A stretch of DNA of 54,526 bases from Octopus bimaculoides (lineage: Eukaryota). The notes under the pieces are model-generated. The model was not told the DNA's origin and made no database searches. It saw nothing but the letters and a program-made list of their open reading frames with translations. The position numbers and the translations under genes are program-made. Position 1 is the first letter of the stretch. Each line of letters begins with the position of its first letter. Shown here piece by piece: positions 11,721-25,100 of this stretch. The stretch spans positions 16,898,166 through 16,952,691 of the forward strand of contig NC_068985.1 in the NCBI RefSeq assembly GCF_001194135.2, in the 5' to 3' direction.

Positions 11721-14047
11721 TCCATACTTGTATATGGCCTCAGTCACTGCTTTCACATATGGATATACTAAGCATTCTCAAGAAGTCAGTACTGTCTTAT
11801 GTGGACAAATACAGCTGTGTACTAACATTAGAAGTCATCAAATACCTAATTTTTAAAGTGGGCTCAAAATAATTTTCATACACAAACACCAAAACTGTCG
11901 CTTATGGTAAGGTGTAATTTAAGGGAGATTTGGCTGCTATTTCTAGCAGGCCTCTATTTTTTTTTTTATGTGCATAGTTCCACATCGATTTATACTAGAA
12001 GGCTACAACAGTTCTTTTACTTTATCACTGACAGTATTAGAAATCTATGTAGATCCAGAATCATGAAAATATTTGTGAACTATATATGAACGAGCTTGGT
12101 AACTGATATTCTCAGTAAAAATATCTATTTACTTTAACACAGTTCAGAATAAACGAACATGATATTGGTAAATTTGAGGTACTAAGTGTCTGAAAGAAGA
12201 GAATGGCCTCATATATCCATGGAAAAGGGAATCACTACAAAATGTCAAACAAGGAATGCTAGTTTTAATACTCACATAAGCAAATGAAGTCGATTCTAAT
12301 ACTAACGGATGTGAGTAATGTAGTAAAATAGTTCAGCATTATAATAGGTGTTAAAAATACATTGATGGTTTAAAGGTGAAACAGTTACAAGAGATTAGCT
12401 TCGAAATACGTAAAAAGAACAAAAAATGGAACAAAAAACAAAAATTCAAGCTACACAAAACGGTGCCCCTACGTGGCCTCAGCTGTGATGGTTAAAACAG
12501 ACTGAAGAACTAGATTCCATCAACCAACTTGAAATATGAAAAAGACTGGAATATATCGATTTACTTAAATGATGAATAATATAGACAAAGAAAAAAAATT
12601 CATCTATAGGTAAAAATGATTTCACAAATACCAATATTTGGCAAAATTTTTCTGTTTCAGTTTTCAAAAACAAATTTTTTAAAAATCTATTTACTAAGTA
12701 CGATTTCGGATCCAGCACAAATCAAAATCCAAAGAGTTAAGAATGTAGAAGAAAAGATAATCCATAAAAAAGGCAGGGAAAAGTGGGGACATTCTGTAAC
12801 AACAAAATTAAAACTAATTCATTAGTTTACTCCCAAATGAAGTGAGACAAAGCTCAAATTAGGAGGTGGGGGTGAAACAGATAAATCACCTTCTTCGTTC
12901 AAATACAAAGGTTATATTTTCAGGTGGATGTGTAAATGGGTTTTAGTTTAGTTGCACAAAAGGGAGAAAAATAAAACGAAGAGAATTACGGAATATATTA
13001 AAAAAAAGTATTGCTTCACAATATTTGGGTCAGTTCTCTACAAAGTCAATTGTAAGGCATTGATGGTCAGCAAGGCAAAAATGTGTGCGTGTGTGCATGC
13101 GCGTTAAAACTCTTGAAAACAAGTCGAATTGACAAAGATTGATATCGTCCTTGGTTCAACATATTTATGTGCTGAAGTAATGATAAATCAAACGAGATGA
13201 TCAATCAAATAGAACTTTGTATAGACAATGTCAATAAAGCAAAATACTTTGATGGTTTCAGACGTTGAAATCGAGTTAAATACAAGAAAGATTATAGCAA
13301 AGTGAAACTTCCTTCTTCTGATGCGAGAGAACATCAGAATATTCTTGAAAACTGAACGTTTAATTCAGTCTTACACTCAAGAATAAAGTCATGCTATCTT
13401 GAAAGGAATATGTAGAGATTAACGTTGATTTTAATGATTGAAAGAAAGTCTTCCGATACATTTATGGTGAGCAGTAGTTTGTTGAAAACCAACACAACAA
13501 ACGCATATCTGCGTGTCCTGTATATTGAGTAACGATACAGAATTTTAGGAGTGAAACAAGTTAAACTTACAATAGAAACAAAAACAATAATAATAATCCC
13601 AGCTATGCGTGAATAGTTGAGAATATTATTTGAAATAACTTATATATTATCAAGATATTTTCTCGAAAACGGTTTCTTATCAATGTGAACCCATTTCACA
13701 AATGTCCAAAATAGTTGGTAAATGACGTTGCACACCATAGCAGAAAGAGAGAGAGAGAGAGAGAGAGGGGAAAAAATCGATTCCTCTAATTGGCAATATA
13801 TAAAACATAATTTGGTAAATGCTATAACGGAAACAACCAACTTGTGTTTAAAAACAATATTTTAGCAAAATTGAAGCACAAAAAATACTTTTGCGTTCAA
13901 TAAACATTTAAAAGTAAAATCTAACATTAAAAAGGTACAAAAGTTATGATTTGAGAATTTTATATAATAACAATATATATATATACATACCGCTCATTTG
14001 TTCTGTAGGTTTCAATTGGCCACTGTTTATGTGTGTGCGCGTGTATA

Positions 14048-14084
<37 letters not shown>

Positions 14085-14138
14085 GTTAGATAGAGATAAG
14101 GTTGTTTGTTATGACTGGTCAGAGAGTGACCATTGGTG

Positions 14139-14179
<41 letters not shown>

Positions 14180-14569
14180 AGTTGATAATAAATAAAAGAG
14201 AGAGGTAACTAGAAGGACATTGTTCTATTGAAATTTGTAATCTACTACCATCAATTCAGAAGTTTTTTCTAAATACTAGCTACTTGAACGATTTCTTAGC
14301 CACCCTAAACAAGTTGTTGCTACCCAACAATAGTGTCAACTCTCTTCTCTTGTCACAAGTCTGTCAAGCAAAATGACCAAACCTAGTCGTAGAAATAATA
14401 ACCATACAGAAGAATAGAAACAGGCAAGCAAGTAGTTAAATAAATGTAATAATTGTGAAGAGCTCTATGTATCTAATTGTCAAAAAAATCAACTGAAATA
14501 TTTGATATCATTTGTCAGTGGAATGAGAAACTGTTGTTGTTAACAATTATGCCGAGAGATAGTCTTTAC

Positions 14570-14840
14570 CTACATCTGTTCTCGCTCAACGACAGTATTG
14601 CAGTGGACTTATACTGTATGTGGATCCAATTTTTGGTTTATACAAGCAGGAAATCAAAGCAACCTATCCCAATTGAGAGTTTTCAAAAAGGTTTTCTCCT
14701 GAAATGTCCGAGTTTAAACAATCCGAACTACTAAAGTATTCATCGTTGCTGCCCCCCGGTTTAAGGCAAGGCCCCATAATGCAATGCTGGTGGGCGTCAG
14801 GACAAATAAAGCTACTTCCGATTGATCAACCGGAAGTGTA
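14570..14840 (-). promoter_or_regulatory. Probable promoter and non-coding first exon of the lower minus-strand gene
   Basis: Locally GC/CpG-richer sequence, an ETS dyad at 14814-14837, and donor GTAG|gtaaag at 14570/14569. Only short uORFs are present (MGPCLKPGG..., MNTLVVRIV). Confidence 0.45.
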
Positions 14841-16842
14841 CGTGGATAAGCAATGGAGAACTGAATTCTAACAAAGGCGATTCTTCTATTATGATTATAT
14901 ATTGTCTTTTTGTTGACATAGTTATTTAACATTAAGGACTATAATAAAATTGAAAAATGTCAAAAATAATTTATTCGTAATTTTTTTAACAAAATAATGG
15001 AAAAAATTTTAATAAATCACACAAAAAGTTAATATGAGAAACGTTAAGTTTTAACATTTAAGCTTTATCCTATAAGGCGACTCTACGTGGTCGGTCGGCC
15101 TGCTAGAAATGGCAGTTAGATCGCACTACTTAATGGACACATTGACACAATAACCTAATATTAGATATTCAAAAATACGAGGTGGTCACGGCTGGGATGC
15201 TTTTAACATGAGGCTATTCGATCAGAGATAACAATAACAAACAATCCAATGAGATTATTAAACTGAAGTGAACGGGGAAATCCAACCGGGGTACGGAACC
15301 GGGTCAACTCTATCATTCATCACAAAGCTATTATACAAAGATAAATTGTAATATTTTTATTTTTAAAATACAAAATTAAGATTTGTACAACCAGATTCGT
15401 AATTTAGCCATAATTAATAGTTTTCAAATTAATTTGCCAAATACCATATTTAGTTGAGAAAAATAAACAAACAAAACATTTGTTTATTTTTATTTATTAT
15501 TCCACCCCCACCTCGTCCCCGAAACCTCGCCACTTCTGCTATCGCTGATTCATTCCGTCATTCCTACAACGTTGTTGTTAGCTAGACCCAAGAGTCAGTT
15601 CTGACAGAGCAGACTTAAAGCCAAAGGTTTTCCAGCCATGGCTATCCCATTTATATTCAGACATAATGCATATAGGACCGAGTTATCCAATATGTCGCCC
15701 CCCCCCCTTTTTTTATAGGGGGCATGAAATTGATGGGATTCGACTGCTATTTCTAGCAGGTCGAGCTATCACGTAAAAGAAACTCAATCGTTTGTTCGTC
15801 AGTCTGTGTGATAATCACAACCTCCTTAGTCCATCTCTCTTTCTCTCATCTTCGATGTTCTACCAGGTTCCCGTAGTGACTAGTTATTGGTGTGCTGGTA
15901 TGTGTTTGTGTCTGTGTGTGCAACTGAAAGGATTCATGTACTATAGTATGGGTGTTGTGTACACAACGGGTCTGTTATGTGTGGATTCCGTGTTGTGCAA
16001 TTGAAACAAAAGTCTAGTCGTGAGCTTATTATTTTTTATACCATTTTTTACGGGTGTTGTTCTTGTGCAGCCCCGGGTCAGTTCTAAGTGGGCAGACCAT
16101 CGATACAGATTGCGATCCACAGATTCGTTTGTTTCAATTTTTGTTTTCCCTGTTTGTTGCTATTATTGTTTAACACCAGATCAATTCTGGGATCCTTTTA
16201 AAATTATTCAAAAACTCTTTGAAATATTTCAAATTTTCACGAGATATTTGACAAAATTTCTACATTGATGTAGTTTTGCATGCTGATGACAAAAATCAAA
16301 ACTTGTAATTTCATTTTATTATTTATTCAGATAAAACAAAGCAAAACAAAAATGAAAGTGTTTTTTTTTTTTTTTTCTTTATCATTAACAGGCAAATCCA
16401 TGCCAGAGTAGAATCTAAGAAAAAATTCTGATGGAAATTTGAAATATTTTAAGTAGTTGGAAAAATTGGCACGCTTACATTAGTGCCCCCCGTCCTCCAA
16501 CATTGTTTCTTCATAACTTTCAGAAAAATGGATATTTTATTTTAATAAAAATTTCTACAAATACTATTCAGATTGAAAGATTACAAAGATATTGGAATTT
16601 AATGCGGGGGAAAAATTGGTGGCCGCGCACACATACATTCCGACGCGCATCACATATATACCTACAAAACGAAACTTGAAACTATGTGTATGTGTGCGCG
16701 CTCCCCATGTTTTTTTTGTTTGTTTTTTTTTCGAATCATTCCACCTGAAAGGTATTTGTTGAACATTTCATTAATGATTTGTCATTTTTTCTTGAAATTA
16801 TGAGGAAACAAAGTTGGAGCGGGAGCACACTTGTGTAGGTAT

Positions 16843-17219
16843 CTTTTATTTGTTTCAGTCATTGGACTGCGGCCATGCTGGAGCAACGCATTGAAGGGTT
16901 TAGTCAAAGAAATTGACTCCAATTTATTATTTTTTGTTTAGCCTGGTACTTATTTTATTCTGTTTTGCCAAACCGCTATGTTACGGGAATGTAACAAACC
17001 AGCACTGGTTGTCAAGCGGTGGTGGGGGACAATCACACGCACACATAAATATATACATAGATATACAATAGGCATCTTTCAGTTTCTGTCTACCAGAAGG
17101 TTTTGGTCGGCCCGAGGTTATAGTAGAAGGCACTTGCCCAAGGTGCCATGCAGTGTGGCTGAAGCCAGAACCATGTTGTTGAGAAGCGAACTTCTTAACC
17201 ATACTGCCATGCCTGCACC
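16843..17219 (-). mobile_element. tRNA-derived SINE family B; other copies at 17991-18375 (+), 31020-31470, 32055-32632, 35760-35990, 38790-38990, 42130-42379 (-) and ~51340-51480 (+)
   Basis: Head ggcgcaggagtggctgtgtggtaag...ggttcagtcccactgcgtggcaccttgggcaag with A/B-box-like motifs, an internal (TA)/(CA) tract, and multiple copies in the window. Confidence 0.85.
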
Positions 17220-18122
17220 CAAATCGCAACTTTGATCCATATACCTATATACGAAAGTGTTCTTGTCATAACCACCTGGTCTTTTAATCAAAGGACTACA
17301 TTAGCTTGAGTCCTTCATTTTTTAAATGGATCTAATAATTATCTTAATTACTAAGAATATACAAGAAAATATTTTTAGCCTATCAGATATCTAATGTTTA
17401 GAACACATTTTGGTTAGTTTTGTTGGGCTGGTGTTATTGCTATTGTTTGGTCACAGCTCAGCTCTCAGATGGAGCAGGACAAATAATGATAATACTCCTT
17501 CCTGAGTAATATAAACTCCTAGGACTGGTTTCATGGTTTTTGTGGCATATATATTTCCCCCTGGATGGGACACCAGTCCATTGCAGGAATACTCACTTTT
17601 GCTAGCTGAGTGGACTGGAGCAACGTGATATGATGTGTTTTGCTCAAAAACATGACACATTGCTCAGTGCAGGAATTGAAACCACAATCTTATGATCAAG
17701 AGCCCAACACTAAGCCATGCACCTCTTCAGACAGATCAGACCTATGTATGAGCAAAGGTATTCCAGCCATGACCTTTCCATCATTTTTTCATATATATCT
17801 AAGTAGGATTATATCGTTTATTGTTTGGTTCCCATTATGACAATCAGGTGTGATTTGAGTGATGACTGCTATTTCTTGCAGATCAAGCAACCATGTAGAA
17901 GATCCTTTGTTGGTTTCAAGCAACCGGGTAAAACTGGTTCTCAGCCATATTTCTCCTATGGACCCCTTTGATTTACATTTTTCTTGGGTGGCTTACCAAT
18001 CACATGGTTCCGGGTTCAGTCCCACTGCGTGGCACCTTGGGCAAGTGTCTTCTACTATAACCTCGGGCCGACCAAAGCCTTGTGAGTGGATTTGGTAGAC
18101 AGAAACTGAAAGAAAGCCTGTC

Positions 18123-18166
<44 letters not shown>

Positions 18167-21100
18167 CTGTGTTTGTCCCCCCCCCCCATCATCGCTTGAC
18201 AACCGATGCTGGTGTGTTTACGTCCCCTTAACTTAGCAGTTTGGCAAAAAGAGACCGATAGAATAAGTACTAGGCTTCCAAAGAATAAGTCCTGGGGTCG
18301 AGTTGCTCGACTAAAGGCGGTGCTCCAGCATGGCCGCAGTCAAATGACTGAAGCAAGTAAAAGAATAAAGTAAAAGAATAAATATTTTGTGCATTGTAGA
18401 AGTATTTTTTGCTTGTGAATTTTAACAGCAAAATCTTATGTGGATCTTCAAGGACCATATGGATCCTGGCTGAGAATCTCTGATGTAGAAGCTCCCTTGT
18501 TGGCTTTTTGTTTGAAGGTAACTCTACTAGATTACATTGTGTTCAGGGGGGAGGTCTTTCTTTTTTCCATAGTTATGGTTGTTTAGTCCATCATCATTCT
18601 TATTTGCATTTGTAGTTGTAATTGTTTAGTCCTGGACCAACCTTGTGATGGAGCAGACCTATAATCAATGGCTCCATCCATGACAATCCTATTGTATCAG
18701 ACATTACATTATCCAATGTGTTCTTACTATTTAAGATAGTAGTGTGAGATTTGATAGATTTGGCTGCTGTTTCTAGCAGGCAAGTGACTATTAAGAGTCT
18801 CCCTTGCTGGCTCATTGAAATTGTTGTTTTACCACAAATTAACATTGATGGAGCAAACCAATAAACAAAGCTTTCAAGCTATGGTCATTGCATCTTTAAT
18901 CAGATAGTCTATCAAGGACCTTGTTATTCAATGTTGCTTTTACTTTCCAAAGATTGTAGAAAGTGATTTGAGGAGAGTTGGCTGCTTTTTAGCAGGTCAA
19001 ATGATGACTTGGAGGCTTTGTTGTTAATTTCTGTTTCTGTAGTTACAGTTTAGACTCAGGTCATGCCTGATCTTGTAAATCATATCATTGTTCCCTAACT
19101 TCTGGATTTGAATGTTAAATACATTCAAGAGTGCTAAAGCTTGTCACAGCTTTTGTTTCTGCATTGTCTGTGAGAGAAATCTTAGCAATTACAGGTCAAA
19201 TGTGAGTCAGAGCACTATTTTAGTTTGTTTACATGAAGAGCAAATTCTTTTCAATATTGTGCAGATATTTATGTGAAAAATATAGTTGTTGACACCTATT
19301 TAAATTGTTCACTGCACCACTCCTGAATCACATGCAAGTGTTTGGGTGTTAATTCACTTTACATATATTTTTTGGTGTGTCAGAATTTTCATTGCCTAAC
19401 TATGATCTTGTCATTGACACAGTTATTGTTTGGATGTCAATGTATAAAATACATTTTGTGATTACATTGGCATATATTGTTTTGTATTGGTCTTGTTTTC
19501 TCTGTACAGTTAGGCATGTCACCCTATTCAGTGATGAAAGGAGATATTTTTCGATGTCTTATAGATATGTCATGAATTTCAGTGGTACTTGTTTGGGGAA
19601 CTTCAACTTGCAGACAGTTCTAATTACACAATACGCACAACCAGTAACCCACATTTACTATGCAAGTAATTTTCCTTGTTTGTTCTTGGGATGAGGATGA
19701 GCTCACGCAAACAAAATTACAACACTGGATTCAAACAAATTTCAACTTTCTTCTAAATCTGTATTCCAGCTACAACTGTTTCTGTGGTTCAAACATTCTC
19801 CATACCTTAAATCAATCCATGTTGGCACTTTCAATGTTCCGGTTGACTCAGCCTAGAAAAATCAGCAATGCTATGTAGTTTAGCCTCAGGTTGTATAAAC
19901 CTATAAATGTATTCACAGAAATAATTGAACCAATCACTTTTTTGAAGTATGTAAAGGATTGTTTAATCCTAAAGACAGTCCTGATAACAAATAATCAATA
20001 GCATTGTTGTTCATTAGCCAGCTGTTTTTTTTATTATCAATTGAGTGCATCCAAAGTGTTTAGCCGGTTTTTAAACAGTTGGTTTATTCTGAGGGAAATA
20101 TGGCTTTTAATTTTAGCAGCTCAAGTAACTATTTAGAGGTTTTCTTATTAACTCATGTTGTTGAGCATAAAAATAACTGCTGAAGATAGATAGGAATTCA
20201 AGGTTTTGTAGGCCATTATTAATTATTCTTTCTTTGGATATGTTTGAGGTGGAAAATAGATCAGAGAGATAACTTCTGAATTTCAATTTTTTTTTTATTA
20301 TTCACACCCTTGGACAGAGGACAGTTTAATGAATAATGAAGTAACTTTAAGGACAGCAACTGAAGGGAAACTTGGAAGGGTAGCGAGATCAGTACTACCT
20401 GAGTATAACTGTACAAAGGATCATTCAAACTTGGCAGCTGTAGGTAAGAAGATGAGAATTTAACAAAGGGAGATAGTGGTGGAGAAAATGTTGTTTATGA
20501 TATTGGTATTCCAGAAGATCTGCTCTGCCTAATCCTTTTCCTTATATCTTAACCCTCATCTCCAAGCATAAAAAACACCACCATCTTAGGTTTTGTACTC
20601 TTGCCAGCCGCATGGCTATGTGACTAGTACTGGTAGCATGAGAAATGCATCCAATACATGTGGTAAAATAGTTGATGTTAGGAAAGGCATTCAGTCATAG
20701 ACACCATGCCAAAGCAGACACTAAAAAATGATGCAATCCTTGGACCCACTGGATTCTGTCAAACTGTCCACCTATGCCAGCATGAAACATGGATGTTAAA
20801 TGAAAATAATGATGCTGACAACAATCTCAGAAAATTGTTTTCTGCTTCATTAGAGGTAAATTTCTGTATTCCTTCTTTTATGGTACAGCAACATCTATAT
20901 GGTATCAGCCCACAAGCCCTTAGAAAAAGACTGCTTCAGTGTACATAATTAACAATCTAGTACTAGAGTTGACTTGTTTGACTAAAATCCTTCATGGTCA
21001 CAGTCCAGTCGACTGAAACAAGTAGAAGGAAAAAATAAAAAGATATCATAAACTACATTGCTGGAAAAGTAGTGAGGTCCATTTTGCTTCCTGGAAAAAA

Positions 21101-21204
21101 AGAAAAGAAAAAAACTCTACATAACACAAGTTTTCAAATAAAGTATTGACAGCCTGAATATTTTTATTCTTATCATGAACAGCAGACAGCAGCTTGGATT
21201 GATT

Positions 21205-22080
21205 TACAAGGAGCATTCAAGAAGTTTGGAGGCTTTTTTAGCAGAGGCAGTTATAACTGTCCTACATTATTGTAATTTTAGTACATCATTACTATACATC
21301 TGATAAGCTGACCTACCAACTTTTGTTATTCCAGATTGAAGGAGATGACTGTAGCAGCACTTTGAACACACCCTACCTAAACACTGCTTGTCACAGCTGA
21401 CTTGCTTGTCAATTGCTGCTGAGATGTGAAGACAATTTGGAAATCTGCTATGCAATAAAGTTTAGTGTTAAACTGAAAAAAAACACTACGGAAATTTATG
21501 AAATGCTCCAGACTGGTCATGGATTAACTTGTATGAGCTGAGCATCTGTTTTTTGATGGCACAAGAAGTCAGGCAAAGCAAGTCTACCAGGAAGCTTATG
21601 ATGGTCTCCATTTTTAACAGCAAAGGAATTGTCTACATCCACTGGGTTCCCTCTGGCCAGACGGTCAACGAAGAGTTCTTTGATGAGGTTTTGAATAAGT
21701 TCAAGAAGAGATTTCATTGCAAAAGGCCAGTGCACCTGTACCAAAACAATACACCAGTTCACAAATCCATCCTGGTAGCCAACTACTTGATACAGACAGG
21801 CATCAAAACTGTCCCTCACTCTCCCTATAGTCCAGACCTTGCTTCCTGTAACTTTTGGTTGTTCCCCAAGGTGAGGGAGAAGATGAAGAAGCTTGTGACA
21901 AGAGTCCTGGACACCTTCACTTTGGAGGATTTCCATGGAGACTTAATGAAGTGGCTAGAGTACTACAACAAGTGTGTTGAAGTCCAAGAATCCTATATTG
22001 AAAGAGATTAAAATTTTATATTTCTTAGAAATTAATAGATGTTTCTCTTGAAAAAACCTCAAAACTTGTACATTCATATT
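21205..22080 (+). mobile_element. Internally deleted mariner element
   Basis: ORF 21529-22011 with KLMMVSIFNSKGIV, HLYQNNTPVH and HSPYSPDLASCNFWLFPK. N-terminal HTH remnant at ~21420-21510; partial TIR match aagtttggaggctttttt / aaaaaacctcaaaactt. Confidence 0.88.
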
Positions 22081-22107
22081 ATAGAAGATAATTTTCAACA
22101 AGTTTTA

Positions 22108-22190
22108 TTTTATTATTATTATTATTCAGGTCACTGTCTGGAATCGAACTCGGAATCTTAGGGTTAGTAACCCGCACTCTTAACCACTAC
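22108..22190 (-). mobile_element. Short tRNA-derived SINE with (AAT)n tail
   Basis: gtagtggttaagagtgcggg...gagttcgattccagacagtgacctgaataataataat: A and B boxes, but no intact acceptor stem. Confidence 0.7.
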
Positions 22191-25100
22191 CAAGCTCTAA
22201 ATTCATGAGAAGTTTCATAAAAACAATCTCTTGTTGAACAACTATTTTGAAATTGTTTATATTTCTGGTGCACTTTAGAGAAAATAAATATATTTTGATG
22301 CACTTTGGGTAGAAAACTAAAAAAAAATATTTAGATATTTTAGCCTATTTATGCAATAGCTTCAACGAGGAATCGATGCTAGATGAGTCGAAACTATTGC
22401 ATAAATTCTCATATATTCCATNNNNNNNNNNACCTGATCTGAGATCGTGTGCTGGAACGAAAACAATTGCAGAATGGAAGGTGTTTATAAGCCATTTAAG
22501 AAACACACAAAAACCGTTAGATTCACTTAAACATTTAAATTTAATTAATAAGTCCCAGTTGAACACTGGGATTACTATAATATATATATATATATAGAAG
22601 CTTTTTTAAAAAAGAATTTTTTTTAAAGTCTATTTTTCAAAAAACATCCTTGTGCTGCTCTCCAGCTTGCTAGTTCCAGTCAAACGTCTAACCCATGACA
22701 GCATGGAAAGCGGACGTTAAATGATGTTGATGATGATCAAAACAATATGTGTCTTCCCAAATTAAAGAGGCAGATGCAGCTAATGTTTCGTGGGATTATC
22801 TGTAAATTGACATTTGTTGGAAAAGCATAGTTTTAGAAAGAAATTAAACACTTTGGCGTCGATTCAATCCATTCACTCTCCAAAAAGTTATCGCAAAAAA
22901 AAAGAAAAAAATCTTGTGAAAGGTATCATCTCCCTTGAATCTAAAAGTAGAGTTATTTCCCTTGGTTTATAAATTTTCGAAGCTTTTTAATATATTTAAT
23001 CTTTTCATATAAATGTAATTTTTAAGTTATCATTTATAAATAATGGTAAACTTTATCTTTAAAGCCAGCCTCTGAAAATGTTTATTTATTAAATAGGAAC
23101 GTTGGTAATTTCGTTTCTGTATTTGCTTTCAGGATTCTTAATGTAAAATCTTGTGTTGAAACACGTTTTTGCACCATAGGAGGGTCATTTTGTCAATAAA
23201 AACATGCACTGGTTATGTCTCACTGACTTTTATTATTATCAGCGACCTAAGACCTTAGCATGCCGAGCAACATTTCGTCTGTCTTTACATTCTGACTTCA
23301 ATTCCCACTGAGGTCGAACTCTGGGATTACTATAATGGATAAGTCCCTTTCCCTAAATTTCAGGCCTTGCACCTATAGTAGAAAGGATTATTATCAACCA
23401 CCTAATTAACTAATTAACTAATCAGTTAATCAGTTAGTTTGTCATAGTTCAATTTATTGAATGTAAATATTGTAAAAATTGAGGAATAAACCTATATATT
23501 AACCCATTTATTAAATTCTTCACTTTGATTAATACATTACTATATGCTACTAGATCACATTTTAACCTTTGGATCAACTGGGCAAAGACCCCCTTTTGTC
23601 ATGAATGTCCATGGGTTGCACCTAGAAAGTTGTCCTCCAAAAATCTGGGCAAGGTTGTTTGTGGAAGACCAGCAGTCGTCCATGCATACCAGCCTCTCCT
23701 CTCCATGCCACTGATGGTATGCAAGGAAAAGGCAAAGGCTGATACATCTTGGCACCAATGATATCACAACTCATTTCTACAGCTGAGTGAACTGGAGCAA
23801 CATGAAATAAAGTGTCTTGCTCTCAAGAAGACAAGACACAGCCCAGTCTGAGAATCAAACTCACTACCTCATGATTGTGTGCCTGATGCAAAAAGGGCAA
23901 AAAGAAATTCCTCCTTAAAATGAGGTTAAAATGATGCTGACTTAAAAAATAACAAGGCTAGACTGAATTTGTAATATTTGAGTAAGATTATATTTCTAAT
24001 ACAGTAGCCATATTAAACGTGTTTTCAATAACAACATACATGTCTAAATTCTCTAATTGTAATTTATTTAATGCCAAAAATGCATCAAAGGTTCCAAATT
24101 TTTACATCAACTACACATAATATTTTTAGGTTAGTTCTAGAGTGCACATGTTCATGCACATTAAGAATTATAAATTTACAGTAGATGATCAAAAATGCTT
24201 CCTCTGGTTGCAAGGGTTAGCTAAGAAGAAATATATTAACAGAGATAGTAAGAAATGTGTGAATTGACTATTGAAAACCATTTAGAAATATTTCACACTG
24301 TTCACCTACATGAGTGTGTGTGTGTACCTCATTTTACTGTGTAGTAACATCGGTAGTACTGAATAATAATGAACATATTCCAAGGTGACTTACTCTCACC
24401 TTTGTGCTTTTGATGTAGGAGTAACCTCCTCCCCCCAACTTGAAGTATCTTTAAATAATTGTCATCTGCTTTATATGGAAGCTCTGAACAAAATCTCACA
24501 AAATTCTACAATGTAGAAATCCAGTTTTGTTGAGATTTAAATATGAAATCTGTAAAGAGAATTGCTATAGTGATGGATGTGCAGCAAAGCAGATGAAAGT
24601 AGTAAGATGATTCAAAAAGAATATGAAAGGAAACATACAAAATTGAGGAAACGTAGACCAAGGGGTTGTTGTTGTTGTTTAGTCCCACTGATAACAATCC
24701 TACCTTTAAAAAAAAAAAGAACTAATACAATAATATGTGTGTAGTGAGGTCTAGAAATGAAACCTCGCAGCTTTGATAGCTGAGTCCAGTCCATGTTTAG
24801 GTGAAGTGCCCTGATTACTAACCAATCAGCTTGTAGAAATATTACTCCATATCATCGAATGTTCTATGATGCTTCTTCCACAAAAGGGATTATAAAAGTG
24901 AAAGAGCACCAGAATCAGTGCAGAGGTTGAGAAAGCCACCAGAGAACACATATCTTCACCTCTTTCCAAAGCAAGCCAGAGAGCAGCACAAGCGCTTACT
25001 TCAATAAGCTTTCCTTGGCTGAGGTTCAGCCCCAAGTTGAAAGGAATTCTTGAACTTGGATGGATAAGCATTATACCTACCTCTCATGCAAAACTAATCT

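Larger units (their letters stand above)
15790..23215 (+). other. Putative plus-strand spliced transcript with a short ORF (lncRNA or micropeptide candidate)
   Basis: Donor CTG|gtatgt at 15897; optional exon 19510-19665; exon 20318-20443 (acceptor ttattcacacccttggacag|, donor GTAG|gtaaga); terminal acceptor ttgctttcag| at 23133 and AATAAA at 23195-23200. ORF from ATG 20329 is MNNEVTLRTATEGKLGRVARSVLPEYNCTKDHSNLAAVGFLM*. Confidence 0.35.

Noticed and set aside
15274-15283. GGGGAAATCC as an NF-kB site
   Set aside because: It is an imperfect match to GGGRNNYYCC, and a single 10-mer is expected by chance.
17735-19020. Four to five degenerate modules (gcagacctat..tcaa.gg..ttcca / gatttggctgct.tttctagcagg) as a novel array
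   Set aside because: The same motifs are scattered across the window (e.g. 11925, 15575, 34330, 40520, 52225) at irregular spacing, so they are old dispersed-repeat fragments.
22108-22190. tRNA gene
   Set aside because: It has A and B boxes but no complete cloverleaf and ends in an (AAT)n tail, so it is a SINE.
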